From: Campylobacterota bacterium
GTDB taxonomy: Bacteria; Campylobacterota; Campylobacteria; Campylobacterales; Arcobacteraceae
DNA length: 20,109 nt
Assembly (NCBI GenBank): GCA_051746405.1
Contig: JBNJFB010000044.1
Location: forward strand, 1 to 20,109
Direction of reading: 5' to 3'
Shown here piece after piece: positions 18,069 to 20,109 of the stretch; positions within the stretch are counted from its first letter, which is position 1; the number at the start of each line of letters is the position of its first letter. Made by a program: the position numbers and the translations under genes. A model generated the notes under the pieces. It was not told the origin of the DNA. It made no database searches and saw nothing but the letters and a program-made list of their open reading frames with translations.

Positions 18069-19091
18069 ATGCAAAAGGTATTGTTATTAGATAGTTGGAT
18101 TTTAAATAGTAAAGTAATAGAACAAGATAGTCAAAAATATTTTGAAATAAATAATATAGAGTATAAATTTTTTGAATGTTCTACAGCTAAAGAAGCAATA
18201 GACACACTTAACAATGAAAAAATTGATATTGCATTTATAGATATCTCTTCAAAAGATTTCGATGGTATAAAACTTTTAAAAGAGATTAAAAGTATGAATA
18301 TATTTCAACCTAAAATTGTAGCTGTAACAGTTTTAGGTGATAAAAAGTATAGATATCAAGCACTGAAACTAAAAGTATATCGTTATATATATAAACCATA
18401 TGATTTTTATGAAATACAAGAGACCTTAAATAAACTATTTAATAATCACAACTATTCACTAGGAATAAATGAATATCTTTCTGTCTTAAAAAAAGAGGAT
18501 GAGAAAAAAGATGAATCATCTCAAGATGAAGATACCTCTTTTGAGTTTGATGAGTTCGATGAGTTCGATGAGTTCGATGAGTTTGACGAATTTGATGACA
18601 CAGATGAGCAAGATGATAAAATTGCCCATAGTGAAGATTTAATGAATGCCTATAATCAATCTCACAAACAAATAACAGCAGCTGAGTTTCTAAAAGAGAA
18701 TGAAGAGATGGGAGTAATAGACACTGAACAACTCACTGATTTAGAAGAGGATTTAGATGCTATAATTGCAAGTATTTTATTTGATGATATTACTGAAAAA
18801 GTTCCAGATATAGTATATATTCTTGAAAAATATAATAGATTTTTATATACATTTTCAGAGTTTGGGGAGTTATGTAAAGTTATCTATGCAATAATAGAAC
18901 TACTTCAAGAAACAAACTTTGACCAACTAAAACGAAAAGATATGGCCTCAAAATTTGTTGTTGCTATCTTAGAAGATTTAGTAGATTGGAAAGAGCACGT
19001 TTTCATACTTGAAGATGCCGTTGATGTTTACTATATCAACGCTTCAATTCTAAATAGTTATGTTTTATTAAAAGATATTATAAATAAATAG
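18069..19091 (+). CDS. Response regulator: atypical REC + (DEF)5 linker + uncharacterised helical C-terminal domain; paralogue of 7982..8941
   Basis: REC with LLLDS, AFIDIS, AVT and YKPY. Shared C-terminal motif AIL.D...WK..VFI..DAVDV.YI.AS..NSY..LKD. RBS AGGTGG. Confidence 0.85.
   Translation: MQKVLLLDSWILNSKVIEQDSQKYFEINNIEYKFFECSTAKEAIDTLNNEKIDIAFIDISSKDFDGIKLLKEIKSMNIFQPKIVAVTVLGDKKYRYQALKLKVYRYIYKPYDFYEIQETLNKLFNNHNYSLGINEYLSVLKKEDEKKDESSQDEDTSFEFDEFDEFDEFDEFDEFDDTDEQDDKIAHSEDLMNAYNQSHKQITAAEFLKENEEMGVIDTEQLTDLEEDLDAIIASILFDDITEKVPDIVYILEKYNRFLYTFSEFGELCKVIYAIIELLQETNFDQLKRKDMASKFVVAILEDLVDWKEHVFILEDAVDVYYINASILNSYVLLKDIINK
18549..18593 (+). repeat. In-frame 9-bp tandem repeat x5 encoding (Asp-Glu-Phe)5
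   Basis: GATGAGTTC x3, then GATGAGTTT and GACGAATTT. Confidence 0.95.
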
Positions 19092-19165
19092 TTGAATAAG
19101 CAAAGTCAAAAAATTTATATTAGTTTTTATAAGAGACCGTTCAAAAAACTGTTTCAAGTCACCAA

Positions 19166-20013
19166 TTATAACACTTTATACTTCTTAAAATTTTCAGCTT
19201 GTTCAAATATTTCTTTAAATACCTCATCTTTTGTGATTGGTGGATACCCATGACGAGCCAGAAGCATAATAAGGTCAACTTTTAATTCGGCTTTTATATC
19301 TTCTCTTATATTCCAGTCAGTATATTTTGATTTATCATCAACTACTTTTTTTACTTCTTTTGAAAGTTCTATTAACTTATCTTCAAGGATATGAAAAGTC
19401 AAACTTAATAGCAATACTTTTTAATATATCGTAGAAAGCTTTTTCTTCAAAGTCTATACCCATATCCCCAAAGGATTCTTTCTCTTTTTTTAACTCTTCA
19501 TAAAGATCAATAATCTCATCAGTGAAGTCCTCTAAGACTTCACTAACAAGTACATCTTCTTCTTTTCTTTCATTGTACTTTTCTACTAGTGCTGTAAACC
19601 TTTTAGAAAAATCTGTAGCCTTTGCTTTATTTACTTTTTTAAAGTCTTCAAGTGCTTTAGCTAATAGTTGTTGTAGTAGTTTTATCTTTGTATTAGGCAG
19701 TTTAATTTTATTTATCTTATTGATATAATCTTCATCAAAAATATCAACTTGAGCTTCATCTTCACTTCCAAGTTTAAATATCTCTTCAACTCCATCACTT
19801 TTTAAAGCTTCTGTTATCATTTCTTTTACTCTTAGATTCATTTGTACAGTATCAGGTGCATCACCTTTTGTCAGTTTTACAACTATACTCCTAATTGCTA
19901 AATAGAAATGGATATAGTCTTTTTCACTCTCTGTAAACTCTTCACTTCCGCAACAAATATCATAGGCAGATTTTAGCCTTTTTACAAGATACATAAATCT
20001 TGTCTCAAGCTCT
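19166..20013 (-). pseudogene. hsdR: 3' portion of type I restriction endonuclease subunit R (DUF3387-like C-terminus), frameshifted and interrupted upstream
   Basis: Two overlapping ORFs join into a typical HsdR C-terminus (ELETRFMYLVKRLKSAYDIC...EEKAFYDIL...FDFSYP|EDKLIEL...YTDW..REDIKAELKVDL..LL..HGYPP..FEQAENFK) if one base at 19385-19386 is removed. Confidence 0.85.
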
Positions 20014-20109
20014 TGAATTTTTTGACTGAAAATTGACCCACTATTTTGAAAACTATTATCAGAGAATTCCGTTACACTCCATGACCCACCTCTAAACTAA
20101 AAAAACATA
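20014..20109. mobile_element. Probable IS21-family terminal inverted repeat region
   Basis: Begins TG, then ACTGAAAATTGACCCAC, with a second TGACCCAC at 20082-20089. Reiterated subterminal AAA.TGACCC-type motifs are typical of IS21 ends. It coincides with loss of HsdR-like sequence. No transposase is visible. Confidence 0.6.

Noticed and set aside
18540..18599. Tandem repeat as possible CRISPR array
   Set aside because: Spacer-less 9-bp in-frame coding repeat. No CRISPR array or cas gene was seen in the window.
7458..19134. Similar TATTAGTTT words on both sides of the chemosensory cluster as att sites or target duplication
   Set aside because: Short, imperfect and expected by chance in very AT-rich intergenic DNA. 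No integrase or tRNA nearby.
19166..19414. 82-aa ORF as an independent gene
   Set aside because: It is the out-of-frame C-terminus of hsdR, and its first residues are a frameshift artefact.
1..20109. Composite transposon formed by the two terminal IS-like ends
   Set aside because: The two ends share no sequence similarity and look like different families, each inserted independently in a different gene.

Overview
AT-rich bacterial window, probably Campylobacterota (Arcobacter/Sulfurimonas-like; inferred from composition and protein style). It appears bounded by two insertion-sequence ends, each cutting a defence gene. Left, minus strand: sbcD-sbcC-ORF6N/PLD-like gene, a 121-bp ERIC-like palindromic element, then a Sir2-HerA pair whose herA is truncated. 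Centre (about 7.5-19.1 kb): a self-contained chemosensory cluster (cheY, MCP, cheW, STAS-like, cheA, cheR, cheB, cheD). It has no recognisable CheZ/CheC/CheX but carries four unusual accessory genes: a cytoplasmic HisKA pseudokinase lacking the phospho-His while keeping the ExxN phosphatase motif, a ParA/MinD-like ATPase, and two paralogous receiver proteins that bracket the operon and share a (DEF)n linker and an unrecognised C-terminal domain. Right: the 3' part of a type I R-M hsdR gene, frameshifted and interrupted by an IS21-like end. The best candidate for an undescribed system is the chemosensory accessory set; a GC-rich palindrome inside the ORF6N gene is a second lead.
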